Positions 8,988 to 18,678 of a stretch of DNA of 64,000 nucleotides are shown here, in pieces. Under the pieces are notes generated by a model that searched no databases, was not told where the DNA came from, and saw only the letters and a list, made by a program, of their open reading frames with translations. The stretch spans positions 1,024,001-1,088,000 of the forward strand of contig CAVSAC010000012.1 in the NCBI GenBank assembly GCA_963725865.1, written 5' to 3'. This stretch comes from Candidatus Eiseniibacteriota bacterium (GTDB taxonomy: Bacteria > Eisenbacteria > RBG-16-71-46). Position numbers and translations under genes: made by a program. Positions within the stretch are counted from its first letter, which is position 1, and the number at the start of each line of letters is the position of its first letter.

Positions 8988-10568
8988 ATGAGCCCCGCGG
9001 GATGGCTGCGCCGGCCCGCGGTGGCACTGGCGCTGATCGCGCTCGTCGCCGTGGTACCCCGGTGGCTGGCGCTGCCGCGGGTCGGCCCCGACACCATCAC
9101 GCCCGATGGCGCGCGCTTCCTCAACCTGGCGCGCTCGATCGCACGCGGCGACGGTTACGTCACGCCCGAGGCGTGGCCCGCGTACCTGGCGCCGGCGCGG
9201 CTGCCGATGCCTGAGACCTTCAAGGAGCCGGGATACCCGTACGCGATCGCCGCCGTCGCGCCGCTGGCGGGCGATCCCCTGCGCGCGGGGCAGTGGATCT
9301 CGCTGCTCGCGGGCCTGCTGCTGCCGTTCGTGGTCTACGCGCTGGCGCGCGTGCTGGTGCCGGAGGACTCGCTGGTCGCGGCCATCGCGGGGCTGCTGAC
9401 CGCCGGCAGCCCGGTGCAGGTCGTCCAGTCGGTGGTGGTGATGGCGGAGTCGCTCTCGACGCTGGCGCTGATGCTGGCGTTCCTCGCGGCGCTCGCGCGC
9501 CCGCGGGGCGCGACGGCCGAGCGCGGCTGGGCGCTCGACCTGGCCACCGGCGCGCTGTGCGGGCTCGCGTACCTGGTGCGCGCGCAGGCGCTCGTCGCGG
9601 TCCCGGCGCTGGCGTGGGCGCTCGCCCGCGGCCGGCCCGCGCGCGTCGTGGCGCCGCGGCTGGCAGGCGCCGCGCTCGCCATGGCGGTGGTGATGGCGCC
9701 CTGGATGGTGCGCAACCTGCGGCTGTTCGGGGTGCCGCTGTACAGCGATGTCGCGGCGTTCGCGGTGTGGCCCTACGTCGACACGTTCGCGTTCTCGCAC
9801 TCGCTCGTGCGCCCACCGGCGCCGCTGCCCTTCGCGCTCGCCCACCTCGGCGCGGTGGCGCATCACACCCTGGGCTCGCTGCGTCAGTTCACGCTGCACA
9901 CGCTCCCCGACGAGCTGCTCGGCAGCCGGATCTGGCTGATCCCGCTCGCGCTCGGCCTGGTGCGCGCGCTGGGACGCTGGCGCGCCTGGGGGCCGCTGCT
10001 GCTGCTGGCCGCGCTCAGCGCCGCGTTCCTGTTCCCGCTCAACTGGGTGGCGCGCTACTTCGCGCCGGTGGCGCCGGTGTTCGCGCTGGTGACCGCGTTC
10101 GGCATGGCGTGGCTGAGCGGGACGGCGTCACCGGGCGCGCCGGCGTCCGCGCGCGCGCGCCGGGGCAGCCCGGAGCTCGTGGCGCTCGTCACGCTGGTGC
10201 TGGTCGTGCTGCCGCTGCCCGCCACGATCCGGGCGGTGGCGGACTCCTACCATCCCGAGCTGGCGGCCGCGCGGGCCCACGGCCCGTGGCTGGCGCGGCA
10301 CCTGGCGCCGGGGGAGGCGGTGATGGCCGACATGACGTCCTACTGGGCGTGGTGCAGCGGTCGCCCCGCGGTGCACCCGCCGGTGACCGACGAGACGCGC
10401 TTCGTGGCCGCGATGCGCCGCCTGCGGGTGCGCTACGCGGCGCTGCCCACCAGCCGCCTGGCGGAGTTCGCCGCGCGCTACCCGGCGCGACGACTGCCGG
10501 CCGCGCTGGTGCCGTTCGCGACCGACTCGACGCACGACGTCACGCTGTTCGACGTGCGGACCGAGTAA
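8988..10568 (+). CDS. ArnT/GT-C family membrane glycosyltransferase
   Basis: Multi-TM protein; 'PD...FLNLARSIARGDGY', 'PGYPY', 'E.L', 'PW.VRN..LFG'. Confidence 0.75.
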   Translation: MSPAGWLRRPAVALALIALVAVVPRWLALPRVGPDTITPDGARFLNLARSIARGDGYVTPEAWPAYLAPARLPMPETFKEPGYPYAIAAVAPLAGDPLRAGQWISLLAGLLLPFVVYALARVLVPEDSLVAAIAGLLTAGSPVQVVQSVVVMAESLSTLALMLAFLAALARPRGATAERGWALDLATGALCGLAYLVRAQALVAVPALAWALARGRPARVVAPRLAGAALAMAVVMAPWMVRNLRLFGVPLYSDVAAFAVWPYVDTFAFSHSLVRPPAPLPFALAHLGAVAHHTLGSLRQFTLHTLPDELLGSRIWLIPLALGLVRALGRWRAWGPLLLLAALSAAFLFPLNWVARYFAPVAPVFALVTAFGMAWLSGTASPGAPASARARRGSPELVALVTLVLVVLPLPATIRAVADSYHPELAAARAHGPWLARHLAPGEAVMADMTSYWAWCSGRPAVHPPVTDETRFVAAMRRLRVRYAALPTSRLAEFAARYPARRLPAALVPFATDSTHDVTLFDVRTE

Positions 10569-10576
10569 GCCGCGGG

Positions 10577-12508
10577 CTAGAGCTCGGCGAGCCGTTGCCA
10601 GAGCGACTCGACCTCGGCCCGCAGGCGTTCGTAGTCGGTCACCAGCGTGCGGGCGCGCGCGCCGTCGGCGTACAGCTCGGGGTCGGCGAGCTGCGTCTCC
10701 AGCTCCTTCATGCGCGCCTCGCGGCGCTCGAGATCCTGCTCGATGCGCTTCACCTCGCGAGCGCGGCGCTGCTCGTCGGCACGCTGGCGGCGCCCCGCGT
10801 CGCGCGAGGTCGAGCGGTCCCCGCGGGGGCCCGCCCGTGCGACGCTCGGCACCGGGGTGGCTTCCTGCGCGGGGGCGACCACCTCCGCGGCCGCCCGCGC
10901 GAGACGCGCGCCCTCCCAGTCGGCATAGCCGCCCGGGTAGAGCGTGACTCGCCCGTCGTGCACCTCGAGGACGCGGGTCGCCACGCGCGCCATCAGCGAG
11001 CGGTCGTGGGTGACCACGACCACGCTGCCCGGGAACTGCGCGAGCGCCTCCTCGAGCACCTCCTTGCCCGCGAGGTCGAGGTGATGGGTGGGCTCGTCGA
11101 GCAGCAACAGGTTCGCGGGAGTCAGCAGCAGCCGCGCGAGTGCCACGCGCTGGCGCTCGCCGCCCGACAGCACGCGGGTGAGCTTGAAGGCGTCGTCGCC
11201 CGAGAACAGGAAGTGGCCGAGCAGCGAGCGCAGCCGCGGGCGCCAGTCCGCGCTCGCCACCTCCTCGAGGGCTCCCAGCACGGTGTGCGTGGGATCCAGC
11301 GTCTCCGCGGCGTGCTGCGCGAAGTAGGCCATGCGGGTGAGCGGGGTGTCCTCGCGCACGCCGGCGCGCGGCGCGAGCTGGCCCGCGACGACGCGCAGCA
11401 GCGTCGTCTTGCCAGCGCCATTCGCGCCCACGATCGCGACCTTGTCCTCGCGCTCCAGCTCCAGGTTCGCGCGCGCGAATACGTCGGGCGCGCCGTCGTA
11501 CCCGAATGCCGCCTCGCGCAGCCGCACCAGAGTCCGGCCCGCGTGCGGCGGATCGGGGAACTGGAAGCGGATGCCGCGCGGGCGCCGCGGGATCACCACG
11601 CGCTCGGACTTCAGGCGGTCGATCTGCTTGCGCTTGCTCTGGGCCTGGGTGGCCTTGGTGTTCTTGGCTCCGAAGCGCTCCACGAAGCGGGAGAGCTGGG
11701 CGATCTTCGCCTCGAGCTGTTCGTTGCGCGCCTCGAGCTGCTCGCGGCGCAGCTCCTTCTCCTCGAGATAGCGCGTGAAGCTGGTGGCGTAGGTCTCGAG
11801 TCGCGCATGGTCGAGCTCGCGGACCTCGGTCGCCACCCGGTCGAGGAACACCCGGTCGTGGGAGACCACCACAAGCCCGCCGTGGAACGACTCGAGGTGA
11901 TCCTCGAGCCACTCCATCGCGGGCAGATCGAGGTGGTTGGTCGGCTCGTCGAGGAACAGCAGCGTGGGATCCGTGAGCAGCAATGCGGCGAGCGCGGCCC
12001 GCATGCGCCAGCCGCCCGAGAACGTGGCGAGCGGCCGGTCCTGGTCGGTGGTGGCGAAGCCGAGGCCGCCGAGGACCGCGCGCGCGCGCGGCTCGAGCGC
12101 GTGCTCGTCGTGCAGCTCGAGCCGATGCTGGAGCTCGCCCATGCGCTCCAGCAGCGCGGTCAGGTGCGGATCCTCCGGCGCGATCCCGTGCAGGCGCTGG
12201 TGGAGGGCGTCCAGCTCCTCGCGCATCTCCAGCAGATGGCGGTGGGCCTCCATCGCACGGTCGAGCACGCTGCCCTCGAACGCCTCGGCGGCCTCCTGCG
12301 GCAGGTAGCCGATCCGGGTCCCGCGCGCCATCACGCGTTCGCCGGACTCCGCGGCGAGTGTGCCGAGCATCACTTTCAGCAGCGTGGTCTTGCCCGCGCC
12401 ATTGGGTCCCACCAGCGCCACGCGATCGCCCGGCGAGAGCACCCAGTCCACACCCTCGAACAGTACGCGCTCGCCGACCGAATAACGCAGGCCCTGGAGC
12501 TGGATCAC
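10577..12508 (-). CDS. ABC-F family ATP-binding protein
   Basis: Two ABC domains (GPNGAGKTT/FSGGWRMR/LDEPTNHLD and GANGAGKTT/LSGGERQR/LDEPTHHLD), no TM segments, C-terminal coiled coil; GTG start after GAGGA. Confidence 0.92.
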   Translation of the reverse strand: MIQLQGLRYSVGERVLFEGVDWVLSPGDRVALVGPNGAGKTTLLKVMLGTLAAESGERVMARGTRIGYLPQEAAEAFEGSVLDRAMEAHRHLLEMREELDALHQRLHGIAPEDPHLTALLERMGELQHRLELHDEHALEPRARAVLGGLGFATTDQDRPLATFSGGWRMRAALAALLLTDPTLLFLDEPTNHLDLPAMEWLEDHLESFHGGLVVVSHDRVFLDRVATEVRELDHARLETYATSFTRYLEEKELRREQLEARNEQLEAKIAQLSRFVERFGAKNTKATQAQSKRKQIDRLKSERVVIPRRPRGIRFQFPDPPHAGRTLVRLREAAFGYDGAPDVFARANLELEREDKVAIVGANGAGKTTLLRVVAGQLAPRAGVREDTPLTRMAYFAQHAAETLDPTHTVLGALEEVASADWRPRLRSLLGHFLFSGDDAFKLTRVLSGGERQRVALARLLLTPANLLLLDEPTHHLDLAGKEVLEEALAQFPGSVVVVTHDRSLMARVATRVLEVHDGRVTLYPGGYADWEGARLARAAAEVVAPAQEATPVPSVARAGPRGDRSTSRDAGRRQRADEQRRAREVKRIEQDLERREARMKELETQLADPELYADGARARTLVTDYERLRAEVESLWQRLAEL

Positions 12509-12607
12509 GCGGTCCTCATCGGTTCGGGCCCGCGCGCGACCGGGGCCCGCAGGGCGCCCCGAGCGCGGCAATCGACGCTGCGAGCGCCGTCGGCGCCCGC
12601 TGCGTCA

Positions 12608-12636
12608 TTGACCCGGACACCTAGTCTGGACATAAT
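12608..12636 (+). promoter_or_regulatory. Sigma70-type promoter
   Basis: TTGACC-17 bp-CATAAT upstream of the glycoside hydrolase gene. Confidence 0.65.
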
Positions 12637-12664
12637 CGGGTCTGCCCTCAGAGTACCCCCGGCC

Positions 12665-14389
12665 GTGCGACGTCACGTCGTCCGCATCGCTGCTCCAGGA
12701 AAGGCTCGGATCCCTCTGCGCTGGCTGCACCGCACCTTGCTCCCGCTCCTGCTGGCCATCGGACTGGCCCCGAGCGTTGCGGTCCCCGCGCGCGCCGCCT
12801 GGATGCTCCCGCCGGCCCCGTTCCGGGCCAAGGACTTCTGCATCGTCAAGGCGAGGAACGGTCTGTATCACGTCTTCTACATCCGGAACAACGTCACTCT
12901 GCCGGCGAGCGACACCGAGCGGGAGTTCGGCCACGCGATGACCCCGAACTTCTGGACCTGGACCCAGCTGCCGCCGGTGCTCTCGGTCCGCGACTCGGCC
13001 TGGGACAACACGCACGTCTGGGCCCCCAGCATCGTCGAGCAGGACAGCGTGTACTACATGTTCTACACCGGCGTCACCGACGTGGCTGGGAGCACGAAGC
13101 TGTTCCAGCGCATCGGGGTGGCGACCTCGACCGACCTGATGAACTGGAACCGCATGGACGCCCCGACGTTCTCGTGCGTCGACGTGCCCTGGGCGTACTG
13201 CGACTCGACCGACGCCAAGTGCGCGTTCCGCGACCCGTTCGTGATGCCCGATCCCGCTCAACCGGGCGGGTGGCTGATGTGCTACTCGGCGAGCGCGCCC
13301 GCGGACTCGTCGATGCTGGTGGGGATCGCGCAGTCGAGCGGCGACCTCACGCAGTGGCACGACCTGATGCCGCTGTGGAACACGTATCGCCCGATGACCG
13401 GCGGCTACATCGCCGAATCCCCGCACATGTTCGAGCTGAACGGCCTCTGGTACCTGTTCTACACGACGGTGCAGGCGCAGCCGCTCCAGTTCCAGACTTC
13501 GGAGGCTCCGGCCGCGGACGCGTTCGGCTGGACGATGCGCGGCAGCCTGGGGGGGATGCTGGGGCTCAACACCGCGGCGTGGTACGCGTCCGAGCACTTC
13601 CAGGACGGACTGATCCACATGTTCGCGTTCGTCGAGTTCGACCGTCTCACCTTCTACCGCATGATCGCCGCGCCCGGCGACTGGCACTTCGCGCTCCAGC
13701 AACCCGATCGCTTCCGCATCCTGCGCATGGGCTGGACCGCCGACACCACCCGGGTCGGGAGCAGCGCCACGCTCTATCTGAAGGGCATCGAGTCGATCGG
13801 GAAGTTCGCGACGCTCGAGACCGCCGTGCTCCAACCCGACGGGACCGAGCGGCCGATCCCACCCGACAGTCTGGGGCTCCCCTCGATCGTCAGCATGACG
13901 TCGGACAGCACGCTGGTGAACTGGCACACCTTCCTGCCACCCGACAGCACCGACACCACCCGCGTGGTGCGGCTGGTGGTGCGCACCCAGGATCAGACCA
14001 CGACCGCCCGGACGCTGATCGTGCTGCGCGACACGCTGGCGGTCATCGACACGCTGCCGCCACCTCCCAATCCCGATCCGCCCACGGCGCCCGATCCCAA
14101 TGAGGGAGGCAGCGACGAACCGCCGATCCGACCGCTGCGGTACGCGCCGTTCGGATTGCCGTCGGTGTTGGTGCAGATGACGGAGGAGGCGCACGCCCGG
14201 GTGGACGTGTTCGACCTGCAGGGGCGCCGCCTGCGCACGCTGGCCGACCGGGTGCTCGCGCGCGGCGCGCACGTGCTCGCGTGGGACGGCCGGGGTGGGG
14301 ACGGCTCGCGCGTCGGGGCGGGGGTGTACTTCGTCCGCCTGACGACTCCGCGCGTCCAGGCGACCGCCCGACTCGTGCTGCTGCCCTGA
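12665..14389 (+). CDS. Secreted five-bladed beta-propeller glycoside hydrolase (GH32/GH43-like) with C-terminal FlgD-Ig/T9SS-like domain; start uncertain
   Basis: Signal peptide (LLPLLLAIGLAPSVAVPARA); KDF, WAPSI, ATSTDLMNW, FRDPFV and ESPH motifs; tail 'VFDLQGRRLRTL..WDGR...GVYFVRL'. Confidence 0.7.
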   Translation: MRRHVVRIAAPGKARIPLRWLHRTLLPLLLAIGLAPSVAVPARAAWMLPPAPFRAKDFCIVKARNGLYHVFYIRNNVTLPASDTEREFGHAMTPNFWTWTQLPPVLSVRDSAWDNTHVWAPSIVEQDSVYYMFYTGVTDVAGSTKLFQRIGVATSTDLMNWNRMDAPTFSCVDVPWAYCDSTDAKCAFRDPFVMPDPAQPGGWLMCYSASAPADSSMLVGIAQSSGDLTQWHDLMPLWNTYRPMTGGYIAESPHMFELNGLWYLFYTTVQAQPLQFQTSEAPAADAFGWTMRGSLGGMLGLNTAAWYASEHFQDGLIHMFAFVEFDRLTFYRMIAAPGDWHFALQQPDRFRILRMGWTADTTRVGSSATLYLKGIESIGKFATLETAVLQPDGTERPIPPDSLGLPSIVSMTSDSTLVNWHTFLPPDSTDTTRVVRLVVRTQDQTTTARTLIVLRDTLAVIDTLPPPPNPDPPTAPDPNEGGSDEPPIRPLRYAPFGLPSVLVQMTEEAHARVDVFDLQGRRLRTLADRVLARGAHVLAWDGRGGDGSRVGAGVYFVRLTTPRVQATARLVLLP

Positions 14390-14413
14390 GTCCGCGGCCG
14401 GGCGCGCGACCGT

Positions 14414-15532
14414 TCAGCCGCCGAGGCGCTCCGGGTTCAGTCCCTCGAGGTCCTGCGCGACGAAGCGACCGTCCTTGCGGATCAGCTCGTCGTCGAACCA
14501 GATCTCCCCGCCGCCGTACTCCGGCCGCTGGATGAGGACCAGGTCCCAGTGGATCTGCGAGCGGTTGCCGTTGTCGGCGATCGTGTAGGCCTGGCCGGGC
14601 GTGAAGTGCAGCGAGCCGGCGATCTTCTCGTCGAACAGCGTGTCCTTCATCGGGTGCAGCACGTGCGGGTTGAACCCGAGCGAGAACTCCCCGATGTGGC
14701 GCGCGCCCTCGTCGGTGTCGAGTAGCTCCAGCAGCTTGTCCTGCGGGCTGCCGGTCGCCTTCACGATGCGGCCGTGCTCGAACGTGAACGCGAGGTGCTC
14801 GTACGTCACGCCCAGGTAGAGCGAGGGAGTGTTGAACGCGATGGTGCCCTCGACCGAGTCGCGCACCGGCGCGGTGAAGCACTCGCCGTCCGGCAGGTTG
14901 CGCCGGCCCTCGCACGGAACCGCCGGGATGCCCTTGATGCTGAACCGCACGTCGGTCCCCGGACCCTTCAGACGGACCCGATCGGTGCCCTGCATCCGGT
15001 CCTGGAGCGGCCTCATGGCCTCGGCCATCTTCGGGTAGTCGAGCGTGCAGACGCGATAGTAGAAGTCCTCGAAGGCGTCGGTGCTCATGCCCGCCATCTG
15101 CGCCATCGACGCGGTCGGGTAGCGCAGGACCACCCATCGCGTCTGGTTCACGCGATACGTCAGGTGCACGGGCTGCGCGATCAGGCGGGTGTAGAGCCCC
15201 ATCTTCTCGCTCGGCACGTCGACCAGCTCGCTGCTGTTCTGGGCCCCGCGGATCGCGACGTAGCACTGGACCTTCTGCAGCTGGGCCAGCTCGATCTCGC
15301 CCTGGAGCTTGAAGAAGCTCTCCTCGCCCCGCGTCATGAGCGCGCGCGTGACGGCGTTGTCGCGCAGGTAGACCAGGGCGACGCCGTGCGCGTCGTGGAT
15401 CGCGTCCACCAGGTCGAGCACCAGTCCGTCGCGGACGTCGAACGCCTCGACCAGCACCACCTCGCCCGGCTCCAGGCGCAGCGAATGGTTCACGATGAGC
15501 CGGGCCAGCTTCGCGTTGCGCGGATCGCGCAT
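14414..15532 (-). CDS. Aminopeptidase, M29 (AmpS/AmpT-type)
   Basis: 'MRDPR..KLA.L.VNHS', 'NLPDGECFTAP', 'DEGARHIGEF', 'LFDEKIAGSLH', 'NRSQIHWDLV'. Confidence 0.92.
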   Translation of the reverse strand: MRDPRNAKLARLIVNHSLRLEPGEVVLVEAFDVRDGLVLDLVDAIHDAHGVALVYLRDNAVTRALMTRGEESFFKLQGEIELAQLQKVQCYVAIRGAQNSSELVDVPSEKMGLYTRLIAQPVHLTYRVNQTRWVVLRYPTASMAQMAGMSTDAFEDFYYRVCTLDYPKMAEAMRPLQDRMQGTDRVRLKGPGTDVRFSIKGIPAVPCEGRRNLPDGECFTAPVRDSVEGTIAFNTPSLYLGVTYEHLAFTFEHGRIVKATGSPQDKLLELLDTDEGARHIGEFSLGFNPHVLHPMKDTLFDEKIAGSLHFTPGQAYTIADNGNRSQIHWDLVLIQRPEYGGGEIWFDDELIRKDGRFVAQDLEGLNPERLGG

Positions 15533-15710
15533 GGCACCTCCGTCTGGGAGCGGCCGCGGGCACGCCAGACTCGTGCGCGGCCACGAGCGGGCCGATACGA
15601 TAGCATAGGCGCCGCCGTCGCTTGGAGCGCGCGCGGGCCGTCGCTATACTGCGTGCGGACGGCGCGTCGCCACACGGGCGCGCCGCGCAGACCGGAGGAG
15701 GGAGGACCCC

Positions 15711-16439
15711 ATGGCAGATTGGGACGTCATCGCCAAGCAGCGCCTGACCGAGGATTGGGCATCGCTGCGCGCGGCCTACCTGCCCCTCAACCAGGCCATG
15801 CGCCGGACCGTCGAGTTCCTCGAGAAGGGCGACGGCTCGTTCGCCGACCTGACCGTGGTGGCCCGCGAGCGTCTCGATGGCACGCTCAAGAACCTCACCG
15901 CGCTGTGCAACCGGCGCTCGCCCTGGGTGCGGCTCGAGGCGATCCGCAACCTGCGCGTGCTCGCGACCGGGCTGCGCGGCGCCGCGAGCGACGATCCGCG
16001 CGCACTGCTGCGCTACCTGTTCGCCCTCAGCGAACTGCTGACGAACGTGTGGAAGGACGCTCCCACCGAGGCGCGGCTCACGCACGGCATGGTGATCGAG
16101 GGCGAGCCGGAGTTCTGGTTCGGCTGTGACTGCTGCGCGGTGGGCGCGCTGCGGCCGGCGGGGCCCGATGATCCGCCCGACCTGGCGCGCGGCAAGGAGG
16201 TGCGCCTGGTCTGGGAGGTCGACGCCCTGTTCGCCTGGACGCTCGACGAGTTCGAGGACTACCTGGCGAGCGAGCGCTTCTCGCTGCCTACCACGCCGCG
16301 CGTGGCGGCGGTCGAAGATCTCGGTCTGCCGGTGATCGACGTGCCCTCGGACGCGCTGCGCCGGGGCAACGAGTTGTTCGGAGGCCAGGGCGGCGGGCTG
16401 TATGGCGTGCTCGACCTCAAGTGGCTCGAGTTGGCCTGA
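15711..16439 (+). CDS. Hypothetical protein
   Basis: GGAGG RBS, host-like codon usage, upstream TATACT -10; no family recognised; contains CDCC. Confidence 0.7.
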   Translation: MADWDVIAKQRLTEDWASLRAAYLPLNQAMRRTVEFLEKGDGSFADLTVVARERLDGTLKNLTALCNRRSPWVRLEAIRNLRVLATGLRGAASDDPRALLRYLFALSELLTNVWKDAPTEARLTHGMVIEGEPEFWFGCDCCAVGALRPAGPDDPPDLARGKEVRLVWEVDALFAWTLDEFEDYLASERFSLPTTPRVAAVEDLGLPVIDVPSDALRRGNELFGGQGGGLYGVLDLKWLELA

Positions 16440-16634
16440 GCGCGACCCGCGTGGATCCACGGCCCCGCCCGCCGGGCAGGGCCGTCGTGTTTCGCTGCGA
16501 ACGTCACGGCGCCGTCATTTCTCACGCGCGGCGGACGAGGGCTTGAACCGGCCCGTCCCTGGGCGTATCTCTCCTCTCATGCGTCAGCGGGCCGGCACGT
16601 CGGTCCGTCCGACCCCCCAACCCGGAGGAGCTCC

Positions 16635-17012
16635 ATGAAGCGCGTTCTCACCGTCCTCGTCCTCGCCGCCCTCTCCACGCTCGCGGTCTCGCGGTCCCAC
16701 GCCGCGCCGGCGGGCCCGCCCAAGCCGGTCACGATGAAAGGCGAGATCGTGGACATGGGTTGCTACCTCGCCCACGAGGCGCGCGGCGAGAAGCACAAGA
16801 GCTGCGCCATCAAGTGCATCTCGGGCGGCATGCCGATGGGGCTGTTGACCGCCGATGGCAAGCTCTACCTGCTGACCATGAGCCACGACAGCTCCGATCC
16901 GTTCGACCAGGCGAAGGCCCTCGCGGGCTCGATGGTCGAGCTCACCGGACCGATCATGGAGCGCAACGGCGTGAAGGCGCTCGAGGTCACCGCGGTCAAG
17001 GCCGCGAAGTAG
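16635..17012 (+). CDS. Secreted small Cys/His-containing hypothetical protein
   Basis: GGAGGAG RBS; signal peptide; 'GEIVDMGCY...H..CA.KC..GG.P.GLL'. Confidence 0.75.
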   Translation: MKRVLTVLVLAALSTLAVSRSHAAPAGPPKPVTMKGEIVDMGCYLAHEARGEKHKSCAIKCISGGMPMGLLTADGKLYLLTMSHDSSDPFDQAKALAGSMVELTGPIMERNGVKALEVTAVKAAK

Positions 17013-17021
17013 CCCGCCGCT

Positions 17022-17051
17022 GACGTGGGGCGGCGGCCGCCGCCCCACGTC
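17022..17051. repeat. Perfect 30-bp palindrome
   Basis: GACGTGGGGCGGCGG|CCGCCGCCCCACGTC in the intergenic gap. Confidence 0.9.
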
Positions 17052-17061
17052 GCGCCTTCCC

Positions 17062-17829
17062 ATGCGTCGCCTGCTGGCCGCACTCGCGCTCGCCACCGCC
17101 ATCGTGATGGTCGCGTGGGCCTCGCGGCGCGACCTGCCCGAGGCCGAGCGCGGACGTCGCATCGCAGAGCACGCCGGCTGCTTCGCGTGCCACCTCGCCG
17201 AGGGCACGCGGGGCGCCGCCAACGTGGGACGCGCCGACCACACCGTCCCGTCCTTCGAAGGCGATCTCATGATGTACGCGCGCACCGCGGACGAGACCCG
17301 CGAGTGGATCGTCGACGGGGTGACCGCCGCGAAGCGCGCGAGCGCGAAGTGGCGGCGCGAGAAGGCCGCCGGCGCGCTGACCATGCCGGCATTCGGGAAG
17401 CGCCTGCGCCCCGGCGAGATCGATGCGCTGGTGGCGTTCGTGGAGGCCGTCGCGGGGCGCCCCGAGCCCGCGGATTCACTCACCCGCGCGGGACTCGCGC
17501 GGGCGGACGCGCTCGGGTGCACGGGCTGCCATGGCGCGGGCGGACGCTTCGCGCGACCCAATCCCGGATCGTTCAAGGGCTACGTGCCGTCGTGGGACAG
17601 CCGCGACTTCAGCGAACTGGTGCGCGACCGCGCCGAGTTCGGTGAGTGGGTGGGGCGCGGAGTCAGCCGGCGCTTCGCGGCGAACCCCGGAGCGCGCTTC
17701 TTCCTGGAGCGCGCGACCCTGCGCATGCCGGCCTTCGAGCGCCATCTGGCGCCGGGGGACCTGGATGCGCTGTGGGCTTACATCGGGTGGCTGCGCGCTC
17801 CGCGGAGCGCCGAGCCACCGCCCGACTAG
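17062..17829 (+). CDS. Diheme c-type cytochrome
   Basis: N-terminal signal/anchor; CFACH and CTGCH, each followed by an MPAF distal-Met motif. Confidence 0.85.
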   Translation: MRRLLAALALATAIVMVAWASRRDLPEAERGRRIAEHAGCFACHLAEGTRGAANVGRADHTVPSFEGDLMMYARTADETREWIVDGVTAAKRASAKWRREKAAGALTMPAFGKRLRPGEIDALVAFVEAVAGRPEPADSLTRAGLARADALGCTGCHGAGGRFARPNPGSFKGYVPSWDSRDFSELVRDRAEFGEWVGRGVSRRFAANPGARFFLERATLRMPAFERHLAPGDLDALWAYIGWLRAPRSAEPPPD

Positions 17830-17927
17830 CGCTTGACGGCCTTCTTGGCGGCGCGGGCCTTCTCGGCCTTGCGCTTCGCGGACTTCTTGGCGCGCTTGCG
17901 ATGGAGGCGGTGCTTGAAGGAGGTCAT
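17826..17927 (-). CDS. 33-aa highly basic small protein (absent from the ORF track)
   Basis: MTSFKHRLHRKRAKKSAKRKAEKARAAKKAVKR*; GAGGG RBS; strongly host-like codons; upstream TTGAAC-18-TAGAGT. Confidence 0.75.
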   Translation of the reverse strand: MTSFKHRLHRKRAKKSAKRKAEKARAAKKAVKR

Positions 17928-17980
17928 GGAGCCCTCGGTGGGTGGTTGGACCGGCGTGCGCGGAGCGCGCACGGGGCGCG

Positions 17981-18010
17981 ACTCTACCCGATGCCGCCTG
18001 CCGAGTTCAA
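17981..18010 (-). promoter_or_regulatory. Sigma70-type promoter for the small basic protein
   Basis: Minus strand TTGAAC (18010-18005), 18-bp spacer, TAGAGT (17986-17981). Confidence 0.55.
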
Positions 18011-18023
18011 CCGCCGAGCGGGC

Positions 18024-18476
18024 TCACGCAGCGCGCGAGGCGAGTATCTTCTGCACCAGCTGGTCGGCCGCCGGGCCGGCCTTCACCTCGGCGCACGCCG
18101 CCGTCATCACGTAGATGCGCAGGTTGTTGCTCTCGACGTCGGACGGGAACATGAAGAAGCCCTCGCGATCGGGGGAGAACGCGAGCGAGTACCCGCACAG
18201 CAGCTCGCCGTCCTTGAACAACACCGCGAGCTTCTTGCCCTGGCGCGTCTCGGCCGGCGATCCCAGGAAGCCGCGCAGGTCGCGCCGCTTGGGGTTGCCC
18301 GCGAGGTCGCGGACGAAGAACACCGCCTTGAGCTCCTTGCCGCGGACCTCGATGGTCGGCTCGCCGCCGCCGGGCTGCACGTGAAACAGCGGCCGATTGG
18401 GGAAGAAGTCCTGGGTCGCTCCCTTGATCAGCTTCCCGTTCATGTAGTGTGCGACGACCTTGTTGATGTCGCTCAT
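18024..18476 (-). CDS. Conserved hypothetical protein (DUF6982-like)
   Basis: 'KVVAHYMNGKLIKG.T.DFFP', 'LKAVFFVRD', 'V.FKDGE.L.G', 'GFF.FP.D..SNN.RIYV'. Confidence 0.75.
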   Translation of the reverse strand: MSDINKVVAHYMNGKLIKGATQDFFPNRPLFHVQPGGGEPTIEVRGKELKAVFFVRDLAGNPKRRDLRGFLGSPAETRQGKKLAVLFKDGELLCGYSLAFSPDREGFFMFPSDVESNNLRIYVMTAACAEVKAGPAADQLVQKILASRAA

Positions 18477-18678
18477 GTCCCTTTCCTCCGGGAGAGCAGT
18501 CCTGGATCACGCGCGGTGAAGCGCGCCGGGGGAGACTTCGACCAGTGGGGTATCGGCCGGTCCGCCCCGGCGCTTCAGGCCGTTTCGGAGGCCCCGGCGG
18601 GGCCTTGATGCCGCTGCTCCGATGTGGGAGCGTGGGCCGCCGTTGCCGTTTCCACCCGAGACGCGAAAGGAGCCCCGC

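Noticed and set aside
9293..14389. 1698-aa ORF in the track
   Set aside because: Only the last ~575 aa are protein-like. The rest is a stop-free shadow frame over the glycosyltransferase and the antisense ABC-F gene, caused by high GC.
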